The notes under the pieces are model-generated. The model did no database searches. It saw only the letters and a list, made by a program, of their open reading frames with translations, and was not told the origin of the DNA. A stretch of DNA of 36,951 nt from a virus (Duplodnaviria; Caudoviricetes): positions 1 through 36,951 of IMG/VR virus record IMGVR_UViG_3300010052_000161, one strand, 5' to 3'. The first letter of the stretch is position 1; every line of letters begins with the position of its first letter. The translations under genes and the position numbers were made by a program. Positions 27,622 through 35,593 of this stretch are shown here, one piece after another.

Positions 27622-28232
27622 AACCCCAACAACTCGGCGGCCTGCTGCCGGTTCAGCAGTTTCCCGGCGAGGATGTCCGCGACTTCCTTCTTTCGCGCCG
27701 CCACCCACGACGGGGGGCGGTCCATCTCGGCGGCGAGTCTGTCGATCGTCAGCCGGTCGACGACCAGCCGTTTGAACACCGTCCGGGCCTCGGTCGAGCA
27801 CCCGTCGGCAAGGTCCCGGATCATCCGGGTCAGCTGACGGCGATCGTCCGGGGAGAGGTCGTCCGTCCCCTCGGAGTGGCCAAAGGACTCCCCCTCCTCC
27901 CCTTCGTCCCGTTCGTGACAGACCTCCTCGCCCCCCTGGTGCCGCTTCCAGCCGTGGGCTCCGATGTCGTCCATGATCGCCCCGCGGACCCGGACCGCGG
28001 AGTAGTTGGCGAACGGAGCGTCCCCCAGCCGCCAGTGCGGCACCCGGCCATAGAGGGCCTCCCAGGCGATGCCCCAGAACTCGTTGGGGTGCCGGCGGTA
28101 CTTCCGGCCGAAGTCTCCGCAGATCGTGTAGCAGACGGCGATGTAGTGTTCGGCGACGGCCCGTTGCGTCTCGGGGGACGGATTCTGCCAGAACGCGTTC
28201 CACAGTTCAGGGGGGTCGAGTATCCGGGCCAT
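27615..28232 (-). CDS. Second, divergent sigma-70 family (FliA-like) protein
   Basis: LWNAFWQNPSPETQRAVAEHY, FANYSAVRVRGAIMDDI and region 4-like LTIDRLAAEMDRPPSWV. Confidence 0.7.
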   Translation of the reverse strand: MARILDPPELWNAFWQNPSPETQRAVAEHYIAVCYTICGDFGRKYRRHPNEFWGIAWEALYGRVPHWRLGDAPFANYSAVRVRGAIMDDIGAHGWKRHQGGEEVCHERDEGEEGESFGHSEGTDDLSPDDRRQLTRMIRDLADGCSTEARTVFKRLVVDRLTIDRLAAEMDRPPSWVAARKKEVADILAGKLLNRQQAAELLGLE

Positions 28233-28380
28233 GGGATCGTCCGTGATTCGCTGAGAGAATCTGTTCCGAGTCGAGCCAGGCCATTCACGCCTTGGCCGTG
28301 AACTGCGGGGGGCGTGGGGAGGGGTGCTGGCCTTCGCGTGATTCTTATAAGCACGAAAAAATCCAAAACGGCGCGAAATC

Positions 28381-28722
28381 TCAGAACATCGCGCAAGCCT
28401 GATCCGCGTGAGTTCGGACCAGACGATCCAGTTCGTCTGACCACTCCCCTCCCAGGGCATGGTTTGCCACGTCGATCGGAACCGGCGTCGAGCCGACGCG
28501 AGTCCCCAGACAGCGGTAGTCCTCGGCGTCGTCCCATCCGTGCGGCCCGCCTCGAAAACCCCAGATCAGGAGATCCACACAGATCGTGACGACGCCGGAG
28601 AAACCCCGAGCCTCCAGCCACGTGGCGAGAGACTGCGGCATGTCGAGCGTGTCGTGTATCCAGCCGCTCGGCTCGCGGCTGACTTCGAATGCGATCTCGA
28701 TTTGTTTGCGGTATCGACTCAT
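28381..28722 (-). CDS. Hypothetical protein
   Basis: 113-aa ORF from MSRYRKQ with plausible globular composition. Confidence 0.45.
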   Translation of the reverse strand: MSRYRKQIEIAFEVSREPSGWIHDTLDMPQSLATWLEARGFSGVVTICVDLLIWGFRGGPHGWDDAEDYRCLGTRVGSTPVPIDVANHALGGEWSDELDRLVRTHADQACAMF

Positions 28723-28893
28723 CTCACACCTAGGCCGAACTGCGACCTGTCGCAGGTGGAGAAGCCCGGGAAACGGCAGGCCCGATTTGTTTCTGCCTGG
28801 CCAGGGCCAGGTCATATGTCGCGAGTCATTCGTCCCGGTCACTTAGCCCAAGGCATCCCGGCGGCGGGAGCATCTCCGCCCTGTGGACGGAGG

Positions 28894-28931
28894 CTGTGGA
28901 TTCTTCAGAAGGCTCCACAGATGTCGCAGAT
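28894..28931. repeat. Nonamer-based REP-like hairpin, copy 2 (inverted relative to 9039-9074)
   Basis: Reverse complement ATCTGCGACATCTGTGGAGCCTTCTGAAGAATCCACAG vs ATCTGCGTCATCTGTGGAGGCTTTCTGAAATCCACAG. Confidence 0.75.
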
Positions 28932-28968
28932 CATCAGACGACTCAAGCCGTCTCCTGCTGCCGGGGGG

Positions 28969-29325
28969 TCAATGCGACCGCTTTGTCAGCCGGCTCCTCG
29001 CGGCACGAATCCCGAGAAACAGGAAGAGGAGGAACGCCGTCAGCATCAGAATCCGGGCCGATGAGGAGTCTCCGCACAATTGGCAGTATCCGCTCCACGC
29101 GAAGGTGAGCGGGAACGCGATGGCGGCCAAGGCTTCGATCAGCGCGATCCGCCGCATTCGGTACAAAGCCAGAGGATAAGACAGCACCGCTCCGGGCAAG
29201 CCGAGAGCGACGGAGGCGATCGCGACGTCGCCAAACTGATCATCGGGGTGCGAGCTGTACGGGAAGACAACGCCGAGAACTCCCCCGATGGCGCAGCAGA
29301 GAAGCACGAAGCCGCCGGCGACCAT
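28969..29325 (-). CDS. Multi-pass (about 4 TM) membrane protein; start uncertain
   Basis: Four hydrophobic segments at the end of the 544-aa frame. Confidence 0.55.
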   Translation of the reverse strand: MVAGGFVLLCCAIGGVLGVVFPYSSHPDDQFGDVAIASVALGLPGAVLSYPLALYRMRRIALIEALAAIAFPLTFAWSGYCQLCGDSSSARILMLTAFLLFLFLGIRAARSRLTKRSH

Positions 29326-29649
29326 GAGGGGGAACGACTGGCGCCGGTCGAGAGAAGAAGCGGCCACGAAGAACCGGTCTCGCTCAGAGCACGCGGACCC
29401 GCCGGTCACGGCGGGAGGGGAGGGAACCGCGAAAGCATGTCCAGCGGCGTCACCATGGGTCAAGGGGACCGCATCACCCTGTATGCGGAGAGCGCGCTGC
29501 AATGCTCCTTGAGTGCACAATGGTCCGGGCGGTGTTGCGAAGACAGGGCCGGATTGCCACATTCCGGTCATGCCAACGGAGGGCCGCTCGGCGGTACAGG
29601 TTGCCGCTTTGGAGCGCCGGCAATGGGGGCCGCATTCGGAGGAAGAGGA

Positions 29650-30525
29650 ATGAAGGCAGTCGTTATCGCGGCGTTGGTCATCGCATCCACGGCAGCAGTC
29701 GCCAAGGAACCGGAGTGGCTCAACGAAAAGACGCTCGGCTTTGACGTCGTGGACGACAAACTGGCGACCGTTCAGGGACTCAGAGAAAGCCCCAGGAACG
29801 CCTTGCTGGTGGTTCGGTCGCTGGGGGGGGCTTCTCTCGGGACGGCGATCGACGTCGTGGATGGAAGCCGGAAGCCCACCGAGACCGTCGAGGCCTGGAA
29901 AGCGATGCTCGACTCCAAGAATGTCGGCGAGGAATTGAAGGTCGGTATTCGACCACTGAAAGATGGCCGCCGTACCCCTTTCACGATCGTCACCATGAAA
30001 GTGACGACCCGGGGCGAGGCGATCCGAAAGATGGTTCCGGTCCGGTCCGACCCGACGACCGGATTCCAAAGCCTCTCGGTTCGACGCCCGCAATCGCCAT
30101 TGTCGCTTCAGATCGTTGTCCAGAAGGAGACCGGAAGGAAGCTCCCGTTTGTGAGATACTACTACTCCGGAAAAGACTGGGTGTTCGTTGAACGCCTGTA
30201 TGTCGCGGACGGAGAGGAGAGGGGATCCATGGATGTCTCCGGCGGAAGACCGAGCCGGGACGCCGACGGCCCTGGAGTCACCGAATCCGATCTCGTTCCG
30301 GCGACGCCGGACACCTACAAGTTCCTCACGATCGCCTCCCGTCGGAATGTCCCTGTTCCGACAACAGTCGTCATCAAAGAATCGATTCCACGGAAAAGCG
30401 TGACTCTGAGATTCAGCGGAAAGGAAATTTCGGACAAGGAACTGACGACGGAGGACATGGCCGACCTGTCTCTCATGATGGACGCCTTCGAGGCCCACGG
30501 GGGGGAGTGGCCGGCTGCCGACTAG
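29650..30525 (+). CDS. Secreted hypothetical protein (moron-like)
   Basis: Clear signal peptide MKAVVIAALVIASTAAVA, purine-rich Shine-Dalgarno, opposite strand to the phage operon. Confidence 0.75.
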   Translation: MKAVVIAALVIASTAAVAKEPEWLNEKTLGFDVVDDKLATVQGLRESPRNALLVVRSLGGASLGTAIDVVDGSRKPTETVEAWKAMLDSKNVGEELKVGIRPLKDGRRTPFTIVTMKVTTRGEAIRKMVPVRSDPTTGFQSLSVRRPQSPLSLQIVVQKETGRKLPFVRYYYSGKDWVFVERLYVADGEERGSMDVSGGRPSRDADGPGVTESDLVPATPDTYKFLTIASRRNVPVPTTVVIKESIPRKSVTLRFSGKEISDKELTTEDMADLSLMMDAFEAHGGEWPAAD

Positions 30526-30621
30526 ACCATTTTCGTTTGGGTTTGCCCGTTCTGCCTCGCGGGTACCGCGTTTCTTCCATCGAAACGCGTTCGTCGCAGG
30601 CACTCGATAGACCAGAATGGT

Positions 30622-32538
30622 CTAGGAACTGTTTCGCTGTCCTCGCCGCCGGTCTCCGTTCACCTGGGTCGCTTGAACGAAGGTCCCGACCGACTTCTGC
30701 CATTCCCGGAACGCTTCCAGCTCCCCGGCCATCTGGGCCTGCTCCCGGGCAATCCTTTCGGCGATCGCCAGGCCCTCCTTCGCCGCGGAGATCTGGGCCT
30801 GGGTCATCCCGTGGGTGGTTTCGAGAACCTTGTTGGCCCTCTCGACGTTCCGGGTGATGATGTCGTTTTGCGCCCGGCCGATGTCCCGGCCGGTCTGATC
30901 GTGGCGGGCCTCCCCCTCGTCAATCTTCTCGTCGTTCGGATCGGACTCGGCGATGTCCTTTCCGGACTTCCAGTCCTTCCAGTCCTGCACGGCCTGCTTT
31001 CGAGCCGCGGCGCCACGGTCCTGGGTGGCTTTCCGGCGAGCTTCCAGCCCCGCCTTCTTCGCTTCCTCGTCGGTCGCGCCGGCGTCTTTCGCGGCCTGCT
31101 CGGCTCGCTCCTGGTCCAGTTCGCCACTGGCGGCTTTTCGGCGCGCTTCCCAGCCCGCGGCCTGGGCCTCCTCGTCGGTTCCCCCGGCCTCCTTGACGGC
31201 CGCTTTGGCCTTCGCCTGCTCTGAATCGAGTCGCGCTGTCTCCGATTTCTCGGCCGCTTTCACGCGGTCCCGGACGAACGTTTCAAAGATCTTCCGCTCG
31301 TCGTTCGCCCCCGCTTGAAGCTGGCGCGCCAAGCCCTGGACGCCGGCGTCGCCCGCCTTCCTCTCCTGCTCGGCCTTTTCCGCCTTCTCCTTCACCTTGC
31401 CGATCCCCTGGAGCATCTCGACTTCCGCCTGGACGATCCGCTGCCGCGACTCGATTTCCTCCTTCTCCCGCTCCTTGATCCGCTCCAGCGCCCGCTTGTG
31501 CTCTTGCTCATCCTTCTCCTTGGCGTCCTTCGCCGCCTGCGCCCGCTCCTTGGCCGCGGCCTTCTCGTCCTCCCGGGCTTTCTTCTTCAGCTCGGTGATC
31601 CGCTTTTCCGCGTCGGCGATCGTTTCGAGGAGCTCGACCTGCTTCTCCTTGGAGAGGACGACCTCCTTGTCGAGGAGCTGCTCCTTGGTGTCTTCGATGA
31701 TGTCCTGGAGGTGCTTCTGGGAATCGATTTCGGCGATCACGCTCTTGCGCGACTCCGCGGCCTTGGACTTCTCGATCTTGGCGAGCTCCTCCGTGACGAA
31801 CTTGATGCGTTCCCGTTCCTCGGCCTCCTTCTGGATCAGCTCCGCGCTCCCCTTCCAGGCCTCCGCCGACTCGGCAAACCGCTTCTGGTCGGCCAGGAGC
31901 ACGGCATACGATCCATCCTCCAGGACGCCAATGGACTCTCCCAGAAACGTGAACGCCTTGGCGTAGCTGTCCTGGATGTACTGGACCGTGTCGAGGGACA
32001 CCTCGGCGACCCCGGCGAGGGCCGCCTTTCCGTAGTCCCCGATGACCGACGCGGACCCGGACAGCATGTTCTGGACCCGCGGATCGTTCGCGATCTCGAG
32101 AGTCTGCCGATGGAGCTCCTCGAACGTGCTCAGCAGCTCTCCCGCGGCCTCGTTCCCGTTCTCCTTCAGCGCGCGGAGAGCGGTGTCGGCCAGCTCGACG
32201 CCCTCTTTCAGGAATTCGAACGCCGCATTGAGGCGCGTCACGGCGGCCGACGTGCGACTGGCTCCCTCGGTCCCGGTCGACTCCGCCGACTTCATGGAGC
32301 CGGCCGCATCCTGGGCCTTGTCCCCGGACTTCTCATAGTGCTCGCCGAGCTCCTTGACCTCCTGCCGGAGTGCGCGGACCTTGTCGAGTTGCTCCTGCAG
32401 CGAGTCGACGCCCGCCTTGCCGGATTCGAGGGACGACTTCTTGAGCTTGTCAGCCGCCTGCTGTGCGGCGTCCCCGATCTTCTGAAACCCCGCCTCCGCC
32501 TTGGAGGGGTCGACGTTCATTTCCAGATTGACTGCCAT
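30622..32538 (-). CDS. Tape-measure-like long coiled-coil protein
   Basis: 638 aa, all helical and A/E/K-rich. N-terminus MAVNLEMNVDPSKAEAGF resembles TMP starts. Internal repeat (AGxTDEEA..AG.EARRKA x2). Confidence 0.6.
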   Translation of the reverse strand: MAVNLEMNVDPSKAEAGFQKIGDAAQQAADKLKKSSLESGKAGVDSLQEQLDKVRALRQEVKELGEHYEKSGDKAQDAAGSMKSAESTGTEGASRTSAAVTRLNAAFEFLKEGVELADTALRALKENGNEAAGELLSTFEELHRQTLEIANDPRVQNMLSGSASVIGDYGKAALAGVAEVSLDTVQYIQDSYAKAFTFLGESIGVLEDGSYAVLLADQKRFAESAEAWKGSAELIQKEAEERERIKFVTEELAKIEKSKAAESRKSVIAEIDSQKHLQDIIEDTKEQLLDKEVVLSKEKQVELLETIADAEKRITELKKKAREDEKAAAKERAQAAKDAKEKDEQEHKRALERIKEREKEEIESRQRIVQAEVEMLQGIGKVKEKAEKAEQERKAGDAGVQGLARQLQAGANDERKIFETFVRDRVKAAEKSETARLDSEQAKAKAAVKEAGGTDEEAQAAGWEARRKAASGELDQERAEQAAKDAGATDEEAKKAGLEARRKATQDRGAAARKQAVQDWKDWKSGKDIAESDPNDEKIDEGEARHDQTGRDIGRAQNDIITRNVERANKVLETTHGMTQAQISAAKEGLAIAERIAREQAQMAGELEAFREWQKSVGTFVQATQVNGDRRRGQRNSS

Positions 32539-32620
32539 CCGTGGCCTCTCCCAACGAAAAGGGGGCGGCACCAAAGGCACGCCCCCGAGAAGCATCGCTT
32601 CCCCGTTAGGTCTGTCGGGC

Positions 32621-32710
32621 TAGTGGGTCGTCGGTCGTGGGTGGCCGGACAGGAATTTCCGGCGTCTTGGCTTTTTGGCTACCAACGACCCACTGCCAAC
32701 TACCCACTAC
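32621..32710. repeat. Dispersed intergenic element copy C
   Basis: Imperfect inverted repeat AGTGGGTCGTCGGT...ACCAACGACCCACT. Overlaps the stop of the HExxH gene. Confidence 0.75.
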
Positions 32711-33047
32711 TCTCGGCTTCCTTTCGATAACCGAGCCGAGTGAGAATCCGGGCGGTGTCACGGGAGATCTGGGCGACCCACTCTTCCGAGCGGTGCCAGT
32801 CGGCCGCGTGAAGGACTTCGTGGAGGATGATCTCCAGCTCCTTCTCGCCCGTCAGACCGGGGTCGATGACGATCTCCCGGTTGGTCATGTCGGACGGAGA
32901 GGCGACGGGGGCCCCGGACTCGACGCCGTGGGCCACGCCGTAGCACTCGCGGACGCGGCCCCGGCGAAACTTCCAGAGCTTCCCGAAGATCTTGACCGTC
33001 TTCACCAAGGGCGAACTCCCCGACCTCTTCGCGGTTCTCTCCGCCAA
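32700..33047 (-). CDS. Small HExxH zinc metallopeptidase-like protein (ImmA/IrrE-like fold)
   Basis: EIVIDPGL..ELEIILHEVLHA..SEEWV. Confidence 0.75.
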   Translation of the reverse strand: MAERTAKRSGSSPLVKTVKIFGKLWKFRRGRVRECYGVAHGVESGAPVASPSDMTNREIVIDPGLTGEKELEIILHEVLHAADWHRSEEWVAQISRDTARILTRLGYRKEAESSG

Positions 33048-33889
33048 GAGGGAAGAGGTTTCCGATCAGTCGCCGGAGTCGTTCAGTCCCGCTTGCGCGA
33101 CATCGCCATGGATCGCCGCTCCGCGCGGACGGGAACCGCCACTCCGCGCGGAGTCCTACGCCGGGGGCCGAGTGTCACCGCTCGTGCTCTGACGAACAGG
33201 GCCGTTCTTCTGTCAGCAGCGCCACCCGACGCGCGGGCAGGAATCGCGACTCCGCGCGGAGTCCGGCACGCTCGCCGCGATGGCCGCTCGCCCCCTCGGC
33301 CGGGAGACGCCTCGCCGGCGAGTCCCCATCGATTGGCCTACAACCCTCCCCTTGGGCCGCTCCCTGCCTCATCCCTCCACCCGGCAGAACTGTTGATTCT
33401 ACTGGTAGGCCGACGCTGAGCTGTTCAGTGTCCTGCCGTCACGGAGCCGACGTTGGCTTGGTTGCTCACCAGCTCGAAAGCGGGTGCCCACGGCGATTGT
33501 TGGCGAGTCGTTTCCACAACGCACGGCCGTGGCCGTGACTCCCGACCCCGGGGAACTCCCCCGCCGAGGTAGACCGCCTCACCCGTGCCGCCTCGGCGTT
33601 GAAATCGGCCCCCCTCACGGGAGAGGACCTCGCCTAGCCGGAGCATCCAAACCCCAGGCGGAAGTCAGTCGATGGCCGAGGGATTTCCGTCTCTTGCGTC
33701 AGCCGATTTCGCCCCGCGACCGGTCGGCGCTGACGAGGCTCCGCGCGGAGTCAGCAGGCGATGGCTCAAGCCGTCTGGCGGGGGGACCGGCTGGCCTTTC
33801 AGGCCGGAAGACAACGACGGAGTTTTTGTGATACTTTGTGTGTCAATCCGGGTTCGGCTCCCAGAGATGAGGGGACGGAAAGCCCTGAC

Positions 33890-33975
33890 GGTCGCGTGGC
33901 GAAACAGGCAGACGCAAGGGACTTAAAATCCCTCGGAGCGCAAGCTCTATGCGGGTTCGATCCCCGCCGCGACCA
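33890..33975 (+). tRNA. tRNA-Leu (anticodon TAA)
   Basis: Acceptor GGTCGCG/CGCGACC plus discriminator A, anticodon arm AGGGA-CTTAAAA-TCCCT, long variable arm GGAGCGCAAGCTCT and T-arm GCGGG-TTCGATC-CCCGC. Confidence 0.97.
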
Positions 33976-33976
33976 A

Positions 33977-35197
33977 TCACTTACGTCGAATTGCCTGGTT
34001 CGCCACGGGACCGGTGATAGGGGAAATGATAGGAGCTTTTGCAAGCTCGGCTTTTTCCGCCGCTTCCCAAGCAGCGTTGGCCGCTTCGTCGGCATTCTGG
34101 TCCACGTAGAAGTTCAACGTGGTCACAATCGACGAGTGCCGCATCAGGAGCTTCAGGACCGGCGGCATGACCCGCTTGGCCCATCTGCTTCCGAAAGATC
34201 GCCTGAGGTCGTGTGCGGACGCATAGACCGGCTTTCCGGCCTCATTCCTGTCCACCACGATCCCCGCTGCCTCGCCAATCGCCGAGACGATCCGGACCAC
34301 CCAATCAAAACTGGCACGGTGGCCAACGATCGACTGCGGATTGAAGACGTAGCCAGAGCGACCGCCTTCGAGGATGTCCGAGAACTCTTTGACCAGCGGA
34401 AATCGACGGTCCTTTCGTCCTTTGTCGACCTGGCTCCGGATTCGGAACATCGGCCGCTTCCCTGCGAGGTCGATGACCAGCTCGCGGTCATCGGTCCAGT
34501 GGAGCCGATAGGCTTCCTGAATTCGAAGACCGGACCACCACAAACCCCGAAGCAGATACCGCCACGACTCGACCGCCATAGGCGTAACGGAGTGAGGAGT
34601 CTTCCGGCGTCGAGCGGCATCTGGAATCCTTCCCTTGGTCTCAAGAACCCTCGGAACGAGGGCCAGCATTCGCTCGAACTCTTCCTCAGTCACTGCTCGG
34701 CCACCAGCCTTCTCCCCAGCCTTATGTGGCATGGTGATGTGCGGAGCCTCCGGAATCAGCTTCAACCTCGCCGCCCAGCGAAGCGCTGCCTTCAAAGTGC
34801 GGAGCGTCGAGGCGACAGATGCCTCAGCGTTCCCGGACTCTCTCAGCTTCGCCGCGAACCTCGAAATCTGGCCGGCATCAACCGCTCGGAGGTACTTCGG
34901 ACCGACGTGCCTTTCGATGGCACCAAAAGTTCCTCGGACCTTGGTCTGTGTCGCCTTGCTCTTGAACGCCGCGACCTCCATCTCATACCGATCGCGGAAC
35001 TCCTGCCAGGTCGTTCGGTAGTCTGCCTGCCGTCCTTCGTTGAGTTCCTTTTCCAACCGAGCGGCGAATCGCTCGGCTTCACGGTGGGCCTTCTCCCCCG
35101 TCGACTTCCGTTTGAGTTTCCCCGTGAGGGGATCCCTCCACTCGGCCACGAGATGTGGCCTACCTCTCTGTTTAAAGACCGTCACTCGAATTCTCAT
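33977..35197 (-). CDS. Tyrosine recombinase/integrase
   Basis: SGLRIQE, HDLRRSFGSRWA and LMRHSSIVTTLNFY catalytic motifs, plus arm-binding N-terminus WRDPLTGKLKRKSTG. Stop codon abuts the tRNA 3' end. Confidence 0.95.
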   Translation of the reverse strand: MRIRVTVFKQRGRPHLVAEWRDPLTGKLKRKSTGEKAHREAERFAARLEKELNEGRQADYRTTWQEFRDRYEMEVAAFKSKATQTKVRGTFGAIERHVGPKYLRAVDAGQISRFAAKLRESGNAEASVASTLRTLKAALRWAARLKLIPEAPHITMPHKAGEKAGGRAVTEEEFERMLALVPRVLETKGRIPDAARRRKTPHSVTPMAVESWRYLLRGLWWSGLRIQEAYRLHWTDDRELVIDLAGKRPMFRIRSQVDKGRKDRRFPLVKEFSDILEGGRSGYVFNPQSIVGHRASFDWVVRIVSAIGEAAGIVVDRNEAGKPVYASAHDLRRSFGSRWAKRVMPPVLKLLMRHSSIVTTLNFYVDQNADEAANAAWEAAEKAELAKAPIISPITGPVANQAIRRK

Positions 35198-35380
35198 GAA
35201 TTCCTCTCTGTCATGATGCATGCCCTCAGAACGCCCGAAGGCTTCGAGCATGTCATCGGCTGGAGGGGGGCGATGTCAACAGTTGACCGCCAGTCCTGGC
35301 ACGCTGAACCGCATCACGCGTCGCTCTTCTGACGAAGCGAGCGGTGCCCTCCGTGCGTAGCACCGCCATCTCGCCCGGCG

Positions 35381-35593
35381 TCACCGCGTCTCGCCATCGG
35401 TCAGGAACCGAACGATTTCTCTTCCGGACACGAATGTTCGACCAAGACGTCGAATCGTCCGGAGACCTTGCCGAACCGCACTCCGGTAAGCAGCACGGCC
35501 GATACCAAGGCGACGAAGGGCCTCTTGAAGAGGGTAGATTTCGAGTTCGCTGATCGCTGGCTGGGCGATCGTCTGTTCGATCACTCGGGGCAT
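35381..35593 (-). CDS. Excisionase-like HTH protein
   Basis: 70 aa, basic, IYPLQEALRRLGIGRAAYRSAVRQGL, located between Rep and integrase. Confidence 0.7.
   Translation of the reverse strand: MPRVIEQTIAQPAISELEIYPLQEALRRLGIGRAAYRSAVRQGLRTIRRLGRTFVSGREIVRFLTDGETR

Larger units (their letters stand above)
1..33047 (-). mobile_element. Tailed-phage (siphovirus-like, Mu-like head genes) prophage or domesticated phage-derived cluster; extends beyond the left edge of the window
   Basis: Co-oriented terminase, portal, protease, capsid, connector, tube, tape-measure-like, primase and helicase ORFs. No sheath gene next to the tube. The right boundary is approximate. Confidence 0.85.
2406..33750. repeat. 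Dispersed 12-bp palindrome CTCCGCGCGGAG (12 exact and 2 one-mismatch copies)
   Basis: Exact copies at 2406, 7298, 8826, 12155, 13657, 18858, 20108, 21506, 23517, 33142, 33250 and 33739. One-mismatch copies at 11470 and 33119. Counted by eye. Confidence 0.9.

Noticed and set aside
26347-28203. 618-aa ORF as a single protein
   Set aside because: The upstream part overlaps the sigma-like gene in another frame and crosses a repeat. The credible protein starts at 27465.
33823-33846. Sigma-70 promoter call (TTGACA on the minus strand; also at 8610-8615)
   Set aside because: No convincing -10 box at correct spacing.
33890-33975. tRNA-Leu as the attachment site of the left-hand phage cluster
   Set aside because: The integrase lies on the 3' side, and I found no duplicate of the tRNA end in the window. 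It cannot be fully excluded without flanking sequence.
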